Below are positions 8,517 to 17,032 of a DNA stretch of 64,000 bases, piece by piece (the stretch's first letter is position 1; each line of letters begins with the position of its first letter). Source of the DNA: an uncultured Pelagibacteraceae bacterium. Its GTDB lineage: Bacteria; Pseudomonadota; Alphaproteobacteria; Pelagibacterales; AG-422-B15. The stretch spans positions 12,162 to 76,161 of the forward strand of contig CACGAG010000007.1 in the NCBI GenBank assembly GCA_902571005.1. The letters run 5' to 3'. A program made the position numbers and the translations under genes. The notes under the pieces are model-generated. The model saw nothing but the letters and a program-made list of their open reading frames with translations, did not search any database and had not been told where the DNA came from.

Positions 8517-10952
8517 CTAAGATCTAAGTTTCTGATTATCAGGATCGTATGGACTTTCGGGTATTACCGTTACATCAAACATATCTCCCAAAATATCGAT
8601 CTTTAACTTTGTGCCTACATCTGAATGAGCTGGATTGACCATAGCTAAAGCGAGAGACTTATTAACTCGAAAGCCAAAATTTCCACCTGTAGCGCGACCA
8701 ATAACTTTGCCATCAGCATATATTGGATTATTGCCAAGTACATCAGCATCTTTGACGCCGTGAACTTCAAGAGTTACGAAGGAATTTTCAAAACCTTTTT
8801 CTCTCCACTGAACTAATGCATCTCTGCCTATGAATTGACCTTTGTTTGGGTGAATGAACCTGTCTATTCCTGACTCATATCCTGCGTATTCAATTGATAA
8901 TTCTGTACCAATTAGTTTGTAGGATTTCTCAATTCTCAAAGAGTCCATTGCTCTTATGCCAAAAGGCTTTAAACCCAGATCTTTTCCTGCATCCATTAAT
9001 GTATCGAATATATGATTTTGTACTTCAATTGGTGAGTGGATTTCCCATCCTAATTCGCCAACGAAATTTACTCTTATTGCAAGTGTTTCTGCAGCACCAA
9101 TTTTTACTTTTTTACCAGATAGCCATGGGAAACCCTCATTTGTGAAATCATCCTCAGATACCCTTTGAAGAAGTTCTCTCGACTTCGGACCAGCGACAAC
9201 TAATACTCCAATTTGATTTGTAATGTTTTCAAATTTTACACTTCTGTCATCAGGCATATGTTTTTTAACCCAATCATGGTCCAGCCGCTGCCAAGCTCCA
9301 GCAGAAACACAATAAAAACTGTCATGAGACTCTCTCATTATTGTAAATTCTGAGTGTACTCCTCCTTTAGAATTCAAAGCATGACAGAGATTTGTCCTTC
9401 CTATCTTTTTTGGTAATTTATTAGCAACTAAATTATCTAGGAATTCTTCCGCTCCTGGTCCGCTTATTCTGCATTTTGCAAACGCGGTCATATCTAAAAG
9501 ACCTACATTTTCTGTTACATTTTTACATTCATTTCCAATGTGCTCAAACCAAGCTGATCGCCTGAATGACCAATCGTCTTCTTGTGGGACTCCTTCAGGA
9601 GCAAACCAGTTTGCGCGCTCCCAACCAAACTTTTGACCAAAAACTGCACCTAAATTTTTCAGCCTATCATAACAAGGAGCTTGTCTTAATGGCCGGCCTG
9701 CGGGCCTTTCTTCATCAGGATAATGGATCGTGAAAACGTTAGCATAAGCCTCTTCATTTTTTTTGATTAAATATGATTTTGATGCGTAATCGCCAAACCT
9801 TCTGGGTTCAACCCCGAGCATATCAATGGTCGGTTCGCCATCAACAATCCATTCTGCGATCTGCCAACCTGCACCACCAGCAGCTGTAACACCAAACGAA
9901 TGACCATCATTTAAATATAAATTTTTTCTATCCCATGCTGGACCGATAATTGGGCTTCCATCTGGAGTATAGCAAATAGCACCATTATAAACTTTCTTAA
10001 TTCCTGCTTCTCCAAAAATAGGAACTCTGTGAATGGCATGCTCTATATGGGGGCCAAGTCTGTCTAAGTCTTCTTGGAATAATTCATACTCACAGTCTTT
10101 GCTAGGTCCATTGACATAGCAACATGGTGCACCATTTTCATATGGCCCAAGAATTAATCCACCAGCTTCCTCACGCATATACCATGCGCCGTCAGATCCT
10201 CTAAGTACACCCATTTCAGGAAGGCCTTCTTTTTGTCTTTCTAAAATTTTAGGATGGGCTTCAGTAACGATATATTGATGCTCAACAGGTATCACAGGGA
10301 TATCTAATCCAACCATTTCTCCAGTTTGCCTAACAAAATTTCCCGAGCATGAAACGACAATATCACATTTGATCTCGCCTTTATCAGTTGTAACAACCCA
10401 ACTATCATCTGGTAACTGTTCAAGTCCTATGACCGCTGTTTGTCTATAAATTTCAGCTCCAAGCGCTCTTGCTCCTTTTGCTAGAGCTTGCGTAAGATCA
10501 TTGGGTTGTATGTATCCATCCTCAGGATGCTGTATAGCACCCACTAAGCCCTCAGTTGAACAAAGCGGCCAGACTTTTTGAACTTCTTCGGGAGTTAAAA
10601 AATTGACTTTAACACCTATTGTTTCCGCAACACCTGCATATTGACGATACTCATCCATTCTATCCTGGTTTTCAGCAAGTCGAATATTACTTACTTGTCT
10701 AAAGCCAACATCTTGACCAGTTTCTTTTTCAAGTTCCTGATAAAATTTAACTGAGTATTTATGGATTTGACCAACAGAGTAACTCATGTTGAATAAAGGC
10801 ATCAAACCTGCAGCGTGCCATGTGGAACCTGATGTAAGTTCTTTACGTTCGCACAAAACTACGTCAGACCATCCTTTTTTTGCAAGGTGGTAAAGCGTAC
10901 TAACTCCAACTACACCGCCACCGATGACGACAACTTTAGCTTTATTTTTCAT
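8517..10952 (-). CDS. dimethylglycine dehydrogenase-type enzyme (FAD oxidoreductase fused to a GcvT folate-binding domain)
   Basis: VVVIGGGVVGVSTLYHLAKKG at the N-terminus plus a C-terminal aminomethyltransferase domain, about 810 aa. The track start at 10973 is a TTG. The ATG at 10952 (MKNKAKVVVIGGG) is preferred. Confidence 0.8.
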   Translation of the reverse strand: MKNKAKVVVIGGGVVGVSTLYHLAKKGWSDVVLCERKELTSGSTWHAAGLMPLFNMSYSVGQIHKYSVKFYQELEKETGQDVGFRQVSNIRLAENQDRMDEYRQYAGVAETIGVKVNFLTPEEVQKVWPLCSTEGLVGAIQHPEDGYIQPNDLTQALAKGARALGAEIYRQTAVIGLEQLPDDSWVVTTDKGEIKCDIVVSCSGNFVRQTGEMVGLDIPVIPVEHQYIVTEAHPKILERQKEGLPEMGVLRGSDGAWYMREEAGGLILGPYENGAPCCYVNGPSKDCEYELFQEDLDRLGPHIEHAIHRVPIFGEAGIKKVYNGAICYTPDGSPIIGPAWDRKNLYLNDGHSFGVTAAGGAGWQIAEWIVDGEPTIDMLGVEPRRFGDYASKSYLIKKNEEAYANVFTIHYPDEERPAGRPLRQAPCYDRLKNLGAVFGQKFGWERANWFAPEGVPQEDDWSFRRSAWFEHIGNECKNVTENVGLLDMTAFAKCRISGPGAEEFLDNLVANKLPKKIGRTNLCHALNSKGGVHSEFTIMRESHDSFYCVSAGAWQRLDHDWVKKHMPDDRSVKFENITNQIGVLVVAGPKSRELLQRVSEDDFTNEGFPWLSGKKVKIGAAETLAIRVNFVGELGWEIHSPIEVQNHIFDTLMDAGKDLGLKPFGIRAMDSLRIEKSYKLIGTELSIEYAGYESGIDRFIHPNKGQFIGRDALVQWREKGFENSFVTLEVHGVKDADVLGNNPIYADGKVIGRATGGNFGFRVNKSLALAMVNPAHSDVGTKLKIDILGDMFDVTVIPESPYDPDNQKLRS

Positions 10953-10957
10953 ATGAA

Positions 10958-11638
10958 TTATGGTCCGGCCCAATCAACAGCACAATATTCGGCACTTCCA
11001 CCTGTGAAATCCCAATTACGGCCGTGATCTCTAATCCTACTTCTTTTTGATCCTTTGCAAACAATTATTTCTGGCGCAACCCAATATTTTAAGTTTGATA
11101 CTTTTACTACTTCGCCTCTCTCTTTTCCTGGCTCATGTTCAATTCGACCATCTAAGATTTCTGGAATTGTAAACGACCAACCATCGTCGGTTTCTTTATA
11201 TGATATAGAACATCGTTTTACGCCAAGGAAGTTTGCAATCATATGTCTAAACCAACCTGTTTGCCCACCCGCTTGGCCTGAGAAAATAACTGCGAGCGCA
11301 TCAGCTGCATCATCAGATGCTTTTTCGTCAATATATAATCCTGCTGTCCAACCGCCTGAACCTAAAGGGCCAGGAACTTCTAAAAGAATAGCAACATTTA
11401 AACCACTTAAATTCATAATTCCTTTAGACTCTCTTTTGATAGGGTTAAATCCAGACCACTTTTCTTCTGCGTATCCTTCTTCGATATTAATTCCCCACCA
11501 TGAAAAGCATTTACCATTTGGTGAATTTGGAACCGCTCTTCCCAGGGACATCGGACAATTGCAAAATACATCGCAGTTACAATTCAGCAAAAAATTTCCT
11601 TTTATTTCCCAATGTAAGTTTAGTGGATTTACTGTCAT
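10958..11638 (-). CDS. DUF1326-family Cys-cluster protein
   Basis: The N-terminal LLNCNCDVFCNCPMS cluster is characteristic of DUF1326, as recalled from memory. It is paired with DUF2182, as is usual. Confidence 0.6.
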   Translation of the reverse strand: MTVNPLNLHWEIKGNFLLNCNCDVFCNCPMSLGRAVPNSPNGKCFSWWGINIEEGYAEEKWSGFNPIKRESKGIMNLSGLNVAILLEVPGPLGSGGWTAGLYIDEKASDDAADALAVIFSGQAGGQTGWFRHMIANFLGVKRCSISYKETDDGWSFTIPEILDGRIEHEPGKERGEVVKVSNLKYWVAPEIIVCKGSKRSRIRDHGRNWDFTGGSAEYCAVDWAGP

Positions 11639-11642
11639 ATAG

Positions 11643-12524
11643 TTAAATAAATATTAAATACGCCCCCCAACCTACAAGAAGAATGCCCAGAAATCTAGAG
11701 CTAAGTTTCTCGTAAGGCAGCATTTTTTCAGCCAATACAATTACTGTTATTGCGACAACCCAAAGTAAATTCATAACTCCATTTACAAAAAGCAGAAGCA
11801 TAAGAACCCAGCAGCACCCTAAGCAAAATAAACCATGCTTTAGACCCACATAGGCAACATTTCCGTATCCTTTAATAGGACCTGACATTAGAAACGATAA
11901 GGGGTTTCTACATTTCTCAAGACATGTGTCTTTCAAACTTGTAAATTGAAATGCACCTGCTCCAACGAGAAATAATCCAGCAAGAATATTATTTTGTAAT
12001 GTTCCCATCATATTGACAACCCCGTTATTGTGAAAAATATATTGAAGAGTGCATGCAATAAGTGAAAAAATTGTCCAAATTAAAATATAAGTGAATGAAA
12101 TCACTATCATCTCAATAATAATATTCGATGATATCTGCATATTCGATCTCATCATTCTAAAAATATTTAAAAAGATAAATGTAGATGGAAGCATCATCGC
12201 AAACATCATGACGGTCCACATTACGAACATCACGATAAAATCATTAATTGTCCACTTTCCTGTCATTGGCATCATAAGAAAATTGATTGATAAGATTTTT
12301 TCATTCATGTTCATTGAATTCATAGTCATTTCTGTATCAGACATCGAGCTCATTGACATTTCATTCTCTGAAGCGGTTTCCATTGACATTGTCATTGGAT
12401 TTTTATTTTGCATCATTGAGTCCATTGGATTAGCTGCCATGAGGAATAAATAGTACCAAGCTAAAGCAATCAGCAAGGTGAGAAAAAAAAGTGTAGTGAT
12501 ATATTCAATTTTAAATGTTTTCAT
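11643..12524 (-). CDS. DUF2182-family predicted metal-binding membrane protein with a Met-rich insert
   Basis: Polytopic membrane protein carrying GLFCLGCCWVLM (family-typical CxGCCW). A Met-rich loop follows TM1. Confidence 0.6.
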   Translation of the reverse strand: MKTFKIEYITTLFFLTLLIALAWYYLFLMAANPMDSMMQNKNPMTMSMETASENEMSMSSMSDTEMTMNSMNMNEKILSINFLMMPMTGKWTINDFIVMFVMWTVMMFAMMLPSTFIFLNIFRMMRSNMQISSNIIIEMIVISFTYILIWTIFSLIACTLQYIFHNNGVVNMMGTLQNNILAGLFLVGAGAFQFTSLKDTCLEKCRNPLSFLMSGPIKGYGNVAYVGLKHGLFCLGCCWVLMLLLFVNGVMNLLWVVAITVIVLAEKMLPYEKLSSRFLGILLVGWGAYLIFI

Positions 12525-12979
12525 TAATGTTCTGTATGGTCATCTAGACTTTTTTGAGTTTCAACCTCAAAAAGTACTTTGATCTCACCTGCATTTTCAA
12601 ATATTAAAAACCCTTCTAAACTTATTCCATCAGTTAATTCAATGCTAAAATTTGAAAACATTATATGGTGCATGCCGGGTTTGAGCGATTTAGCTTTTTG
12701 TGGAGGGATTTCAATGAAATCAACTTTACTCATTGTAACTATTCCATTCTCTATACTTGAATAATGTAACTCAGTATCTGCAAAGTCAGTAATAACTTTA
12801 ATTAAACGATCTGTCTCGAAACCCATGTTTACTATTTTCATATATCCAGCTGCAGGGCCTGATGAAATTACAAACTTTATGTGTGGGTGATTTATATTAA
12901 TTTGATCTTTTTGAAATTGGTGAGCAGCTCCAATTTTTGTAAAAACTAAAAACAAAACTATTATTAGTGCCTTATACAA
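12524..12979 (-). CDS. periplasmic copper chaperone PCu(A)C (DUF461)
   Basis: Signal peptide present. I counted an M-x21-H-x-M motif (MSKVDF...KPGMH-HIM). The start codon is TTG and is uncertain. Confidence 0.75.
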   Translation of the reverse strand: MYKALIIVLFLVFTKIGAAHQFQKDQININHPHIKFVISSGPAAGYMKIVNMGFETDRLIKVITDFADTELHYSSIENGIVTMSKVDFIEIPPQKAKSLKPGMHHIMFSNFSIELTDGISLEGFLIFENAGEIKVLFEVETQKSLDDHTEH

Positions 12980-12982
12980 TCC

Positions 12983-13228
12983 TTAATCTCTCTCTGTCGA
13001 AAACATACAGACATCGTTAACACAAGTTAAAACGCATAATAAGTTTTTATCTTTGTTATGATAAGATGCCCATAATTCAGTCTTTTCATGTTTTAAAAGA
13101 AGCTCAACATTAGCATCACAATTTTTTTTTGATGCTTGTTCAGATGCCAATTCTCTATATTTATTTGTTTCAATTATTTCGGAACAAGAAAATAAAACAA
13201 AAAAAATAAATATTGATATTTTATACAT
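12983..13228 (-). CDS. small Cys-rich putative lipoprotein
   Basis: Lipobox-like LFSC at residues 12-15 and a C-terminal CVLTCVNDVC. It sits between PCuAC and SCO1 with 2-3 nt gaps. Confidence 0.45.
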   Translation of the reverse strand: MYKISIFIFFVLFSCSEIIETNKYRELASEQASKKNCDANVELLLKHEKTELWASYHNKDKNLLCVLTCVNDVCMFSTERD

Positions 13229-13230
13229 TG

Positions 13231-13881
13231 TTATAGATTTTTTAAATCTTCAACCATTTGTTCAATATTAGAACCAAACGGAAGTATGCTTATTAATACA
13301 TCATCATCATCAAAAATATAATAGAAAGCAGTATGTTGAACCATGTAGTTTTTTTCTTTATCACTTATTTCATCAGATTGTTCAGACGTACCTAAATAAT
13401 TTTGATGTTCTGAATTTGTTGCCGGCTCTACATGTACAAAAAAATCTTTCCATATTGGCATAAGATTTTCATGCGTACCCGTTAAACCAATTAAATTATT
13501 GCTAAAGTTGCTGAGAAATTCTTTTAACCGATCAGGGTTATCCCTAGCAGGATCAACTGTTACAAAGAAAAATTTTATATTTTCTATTGAATGATTTTCT
13601 CTATTTAATTGATCTATGGCATTGCTCATAAGATTCGCACTAATTGGACAAATATCTGGGCAATGAGTAAAGCCAAAAAAGAATACTTTACTATATCCTC
13701 TGTAAGTTCTTTCGCTTACATCAACTCCAAAATGGTCAACTGCGGTAAATTTTAAATCAATGTTGTTTGATACTTCTGAAGTATTTTCTTTAAATAATTC
13801 AGAAACTGCCCAACCGGCGACGACTGCTAATATAATTATTGAGAGGAATAAAAGTTGATTAACTTTTCTTCTTGAAATCAT
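13231..13881 (-). CDS. SCO1/SenC copper chaperone (thioredoxin fold)
   Basis: N-terminal TM anchor, the FGFTHCPDICP CxxxC motif, and the downstream conserved His (MVQHTAFYY). Confidence 0.85.
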   Translation of the reverse strand: MISRRKVNQLLFLSIIILAVVAGWAVSELFKENTSEVSNNIDLKFTAVDHFGVDVSERTYRGYSKVFFFGFTHCPDICPISANLMSNAIDQLNRENHSIENIKFFFVTVDPARDNPDRLKEFLSNFSNNLIGLTGTHENLMPIWKDFFVHVEPATNSEHQNYLGTSEQSDEISDKEKNYMVQHTAFYYIFDDDDVLISILPFGSNIEQMVEDLKNL

Positions 13882-15017
13882 TATTCCATTTTTTCGAGTC
13901 TAGAACTAAATGGTAAAGGTACAACTTCTACTTCTCGTTTCTCTCCATCATGATCAATCTGATATACTTCCTCTGAATTAATTAAATCAATATCGATGAA
14001 CCCTAAAGCAATATTGCATCCAAAGTTTGGACTATAAATACAGCTGGTTACAAATCCTTTTTTTTCAGAGTTATTGTCAAATAATGGTATTCTTGCCATA
14101 TTATAACCAATTTTCTTTCCTGAAATTTTAAAACCAGTGAATTGTTTTTTAATGCCCTCTTCTCTTATTTTTAAGAGAGCATCTTTTCCTACAAAGTCCG
14201 CTTCTTGATCAAGATCATAAAATTTTGGTAAGTTTAGTTCTAAAGGGTTTTCAGCTAATGAGGTATCTCCTTGGTGGGAAATCATACCAGCTTCAATTCT
14301 ATCTATTTGATTAGGACAACTTGGTACAATTTTAAACTCTTTTCCTGTTTCCATTAATGCATTCCATAGAGCCGGACCGTCTACTTCTCTTGTTATATAA
14401 ATTTCGTATCCAAACTGATTACTCCAACCGCTGCGTGCAATTATGATATCTAATCCGAATAAGTTAGTTTCGATAAATTGATAATATTTTAATCCCATAA
14501 TAACTGGATCATCATTTGTAGCTTTTCTCATGAGTTCTTTTGCGCGCGGGCCTTGCAATGAAAGTGGACAAGCTTCAGGCTCTGAAATCTTAACATTATA
14601 CTTACCAGATAAAGCGACGCCTTTGCACCATAGTATTGCATCAGAATCTGCAATGCTCAGCCAAAACTTTTTTTCATTAAACTTTAAAATTAAAGGATCA
14701 TTTATGATACCACCATTTTCATCTGTCATAAACGCGTAACGACAAAAACCATCTTTGAAAGTTGATAGATTTCTTGGCGTCATGTACTGAACAAATTTAG
14801 CGGCGTCCTCTCCAATAATTTCAATTTGTCTCTCTGCTGCCACATCCCATAATGTTACATCGTTTATTAATGATTGATATTCCTGCTCAGGAGTCGTGTA
14901 GCCAACAGGCATCGTCATACGGTTATAAGTTGTAAAATTGGTAGCACCATATTTTAGTGTCTCTTCAAAGAAAGGTGATTTTCTTATCCTTGGGGTGTAT
15001 ATGATACCTTTTGACAT
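13881..15017 (-). CDS. GcvT-family aminomethyltransferase, DmdA-like demethylase
   Basis: 378 aa. The RIRKSPFFE...TLWDVAAERQIEIIGEDAAKF pattern is typical of the DmdA/GcvT family. A strong SD (AAGGAG) lies 6 nt upstream of the ATG. Confidence 0.75.
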   Translation of the reverse strand: MSKGIIYTPRIRKSPFFEETLKYGATNFTTYNRMTMPVGYTTPEQEYQSLINDVTLWDVAAERQIEIIGEDAAKFVQYMTPRNLSTFKDGFCRYAFMTDENGGIINDPLILKFNEKKFWLSIADSDAILWCKGVALSGKYNVKISEPEACPLSLQGPRAKELMRKATNDDPVIMGLKYYQFIETNLFGLDIIIARSGWSNQFGYEIYITREVDGPALWNALMETGKEFKIVPSCPNQIDRIEAGMISHQGDTSLAENPLELNLPKFYDLDQEADFVGKDALLKIREEGIKKQFTGFKISGKKIGYNMARIPLFDNNSEKKGFVTSCIYSPNFGCNIALGFIDIDLINSEEVYQIDHDGEKREVEVVPLPFSSRLEKME

Positions 15018-15125
15018 TCTGTTCTCCTTAATGATCAGACCTTATAGACCATAAAGTGATAAAAAGTAAATCCTTTTCCTAAGTTTCTACTTACTAATTG
15101 AAACTTAAAATGCTAAAAAATAATC

Positions 15126-16049
15126 ATGAGCAAAAGATATGAAAATTTAATGAAACGTATTCATGCTGGAGAAAATATTCTTCTTGATGGGGCTACTGGT
15201 TCAGAACTTGAAAACCGTGGTATTAAAATGGATAATTCTTGGTGTGGCACAGCCTCCTTAGAAAGCGATACATTGAAGCAAATACACAAAGATTATATTG
15301 AGGCTGGATCAAGTATTATAACTACAAATACTTATGCAACAAATCGAATGATCTTAGAAACTGCGGGAGTAGATAATCAATTCAAAGAAATAAATCTAAG
15401 TGCGATAAATGCAGCTACAGAAGCCAGGGAGGAATGTGGTAGAGATGATGTACTTATAGCTGGGTCCTTATCTCATCAAATACCGTATGAGGATGCTTTT
15501 GAAACGCAAGAAGAAAGAGAGAAATTTAAGAAAAAACTCACCCCCGAATATTTTCAAAAATCTTTTGATGAGCTCGCTTTTTTTCTAGCCGATAATGGGT
15601 GTGATTTTATTCTACTCGAGTTAATGTATCGACCAGATCGAATTGAAATAATCTTTGACTCAGCAAGTAAGGCTGGATTGCCTGTGTGGGCTGGATTCTC
15701 ATCTAGAAATAAAGACGGGTTGATAGCCCTTACCACAGACTATGACTATAGTTTTAAAAAAATGATTAGTAATGTGAAACATCATAAATTGGATGCTGTA
15801 GGAATAATGCATTGTGAAATTAATGTAATAGAACAAAGTATTAAAGAACTTAAAGAAGTATATGACCTTCCTGTTATGGCGTATCCAGAAGTAGCGGTAT
15901 TTAATTTTCCACACTACGACATGAGCAATGTAATTTCTCCTGATGATTATTTAATTGAAGCAAAAAAGTGGAAGGATGCTGGAGCGCAAATTATAGGTGG
16001 ATGTTGTGGTACAACAGTTGAACACATTAAAGTACTCAATCAATTATAG
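15126..16049 (+). CDS. bhmt: homocysteine S-methyltransferase family (betaine-homocysteine methyltransferase-like)
   Basis: C-terminal GGCCGTTVEHI zinc-Cys pair and the overall Hcy S-methyltransferase layout. The betaine assignment is contextual. Confidence 0.65.
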   Translation: MSKRYENLMKRIHAGENILLDGATGSELENRGIKMDNSWCGTASLESDTLKQIHKDYIEAGSSIITTNTYATNRMILETAGVDNQFKEINLSAINAATEAREECGRDDVLIAGSLSHQIPYEDAFETQEEREKFKKKLTPEYFQKSFDELAFFLADNGCDFILLELMYRPDRIEIIFDSASKAGLPVWAGFSSRNKDGLIALTTDYDYSFKKMISNVKHHKLDAVGIMHCEINVIEQSIKELKEVYDLPVMAYPEVAVFNFPHYDMSNVISPDDYLIEAKKWKDAGAQIIGGCCGTTVEHIKVLNQL

Positions 16050-16961
16050 TTAGCCCGTATCTTCTTCGGTCTTTGATGCAAATATTATTTCTGTTAGCCC
16101 AGCAAATATTATGAAAGAGCTGCCTAATATTTCTCGCCACCCAATAAGCTCATCTGTTAATACCGCAGCACTGAAAGTACCCACAACTATTTCAAAAAGT
16201 ATAATTATAGAAAATATGCCTGCACCAATTCTACTTGGTGCACCTAAGATCACTATATTTGTCGGTATATGAAATAAAATTGCAATTAAAATTAGCCACG
16301 GCATCATTGCAACCCATGACTCTATTGATGGAGCATCACCTAGGTAGTCGCTCAAGAAATATGATTGTATTAATGTAAATAAGCCACCATAAAAAAAGAA
16401 TGAAAATAAGATAGGATATATTCCCTCTGGCTTTTTTATCTCCATTCTAACTGCTGATGCGGCAATAAGAATTCCGCCTAATAAAGCAATCCAATCACCA
16501 GAATTTTGCGGTAAGGGTATCACGCCTTCTTGTCCAAAAACTATCCAAACGCCAGATAGTGCAAGAGCTAATGTTATGTATCTATAAAAACGTGGAATTT
16601 GTCTAAGAAATACAATTTCAAAAATAGTTGTCCAAACTGGGGTTATATAAAAGAGTATTAAAGCTCTAACTACATCTGTCAGTAAAAAACTATTAGCGTA
16701 GCAAGCAATACCTCCTCCAAACAAAAGTCCAATTAGAGGATACTCTAGGCCAAAAGACTGACCTTTATAGAGCCTCCAAAGTGATATTGGAAGCAGCATT
16801 GCAAAAGGTATAACCATTTGAGAAATCGTTGCCCATCCGCCCGTTAAACCACCAGCCTCTAACGCTCTTTGAGGGATCCAGAATAAACCCCACATACCCG
16901 CAGCGATTAATAACGCAAAGCTAATTGTATAATAGTAAGGATGTCTTGATGAGGTGATCAT
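16050..16961 (-). CDS. EamA/DMT-family transporter
   Basis: About 10 TM helices and about 300 aa, with a two-repeat hydrophobic pattern. Confidence 0.7.
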   Translation of the reverse strand: MITSSRHPYYYTISFALLIAAGMWGLFWIPQRALEAGGLTGGWATISQMVIPFAMLLPISLWRLYKGQSFGLEYPLIGLLFGGGIACYANSFLLTDVVRALILFYITPVWTTIFEIVFLRQIPRFYRYITLALALSGVWIVFGQEGVIPLPQNSGDWIALLGGILIAASAVRMEIKKPEGIYPILFSFFFYGGLFTLIQSYFLSDYLGDAPSIESWVAMMPWLILIAILFHIPTNIVILGAPSRIGAGIFSIIILFEIVVGTFSAAVLTDELIGWREILGSSFIIFAGLTEIIFASKTEEDTG

Positions 16962-16972
16962 AAAAGTTAATT

Positions 16973-17007
16973 AAAAAAAAGGCCTTGCACAAAAGTAACA
17001 AGGCCTT
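16973..17007 (-). terminator. rho-independent terminator after proX
   Basis: On the minus-strand RNA, the stem AAGGCCUUG/CAAGGCCUU (16979-16987 / 16999-17007) has an 11-nt loop and is followed by 8 U (A-run at 16973-16980). Confidence 0.8.
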
Positions 17008-17032
17008 AATTTTCTGATTTAGCTATTTAGAC

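Noticed and set aside
11055-11642. A 195-aa plus-strand ORF covering almost all of the DUF1326 gene in antisense
   Set aside because: The product is low-complexity and Ser/Pro-rich, with no recognisable motif. The sense gene carries the family-typical Cys cluster and fits the operon spacing. A long antisense open frame is a by-product of the locally higher GC and codon bias.
12091-12453. A 120-aa plus-strand ORF antisense to the Met-rich part of the DUF2182 gene
   Set aside because: The Ile/Asp/Ser-rich repeats are just the complement of ATG-rich sense codons. There is no start context and no fit to neighbouring gene spacing.
15081-15106. An inverted repeat AAGTTTC-N12-GAAACTT 20 nt upstream of the BHMT-like start, considered with the possibility of a SAM-II/SAM-V riboswitch there
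   Set aside because: It has 7-bp A/T-rich arms in AT-rich DNA, which is plausibly chance. I see no GC-supported pseudoknot or conserved AAAGC-type element in 15018-15125.
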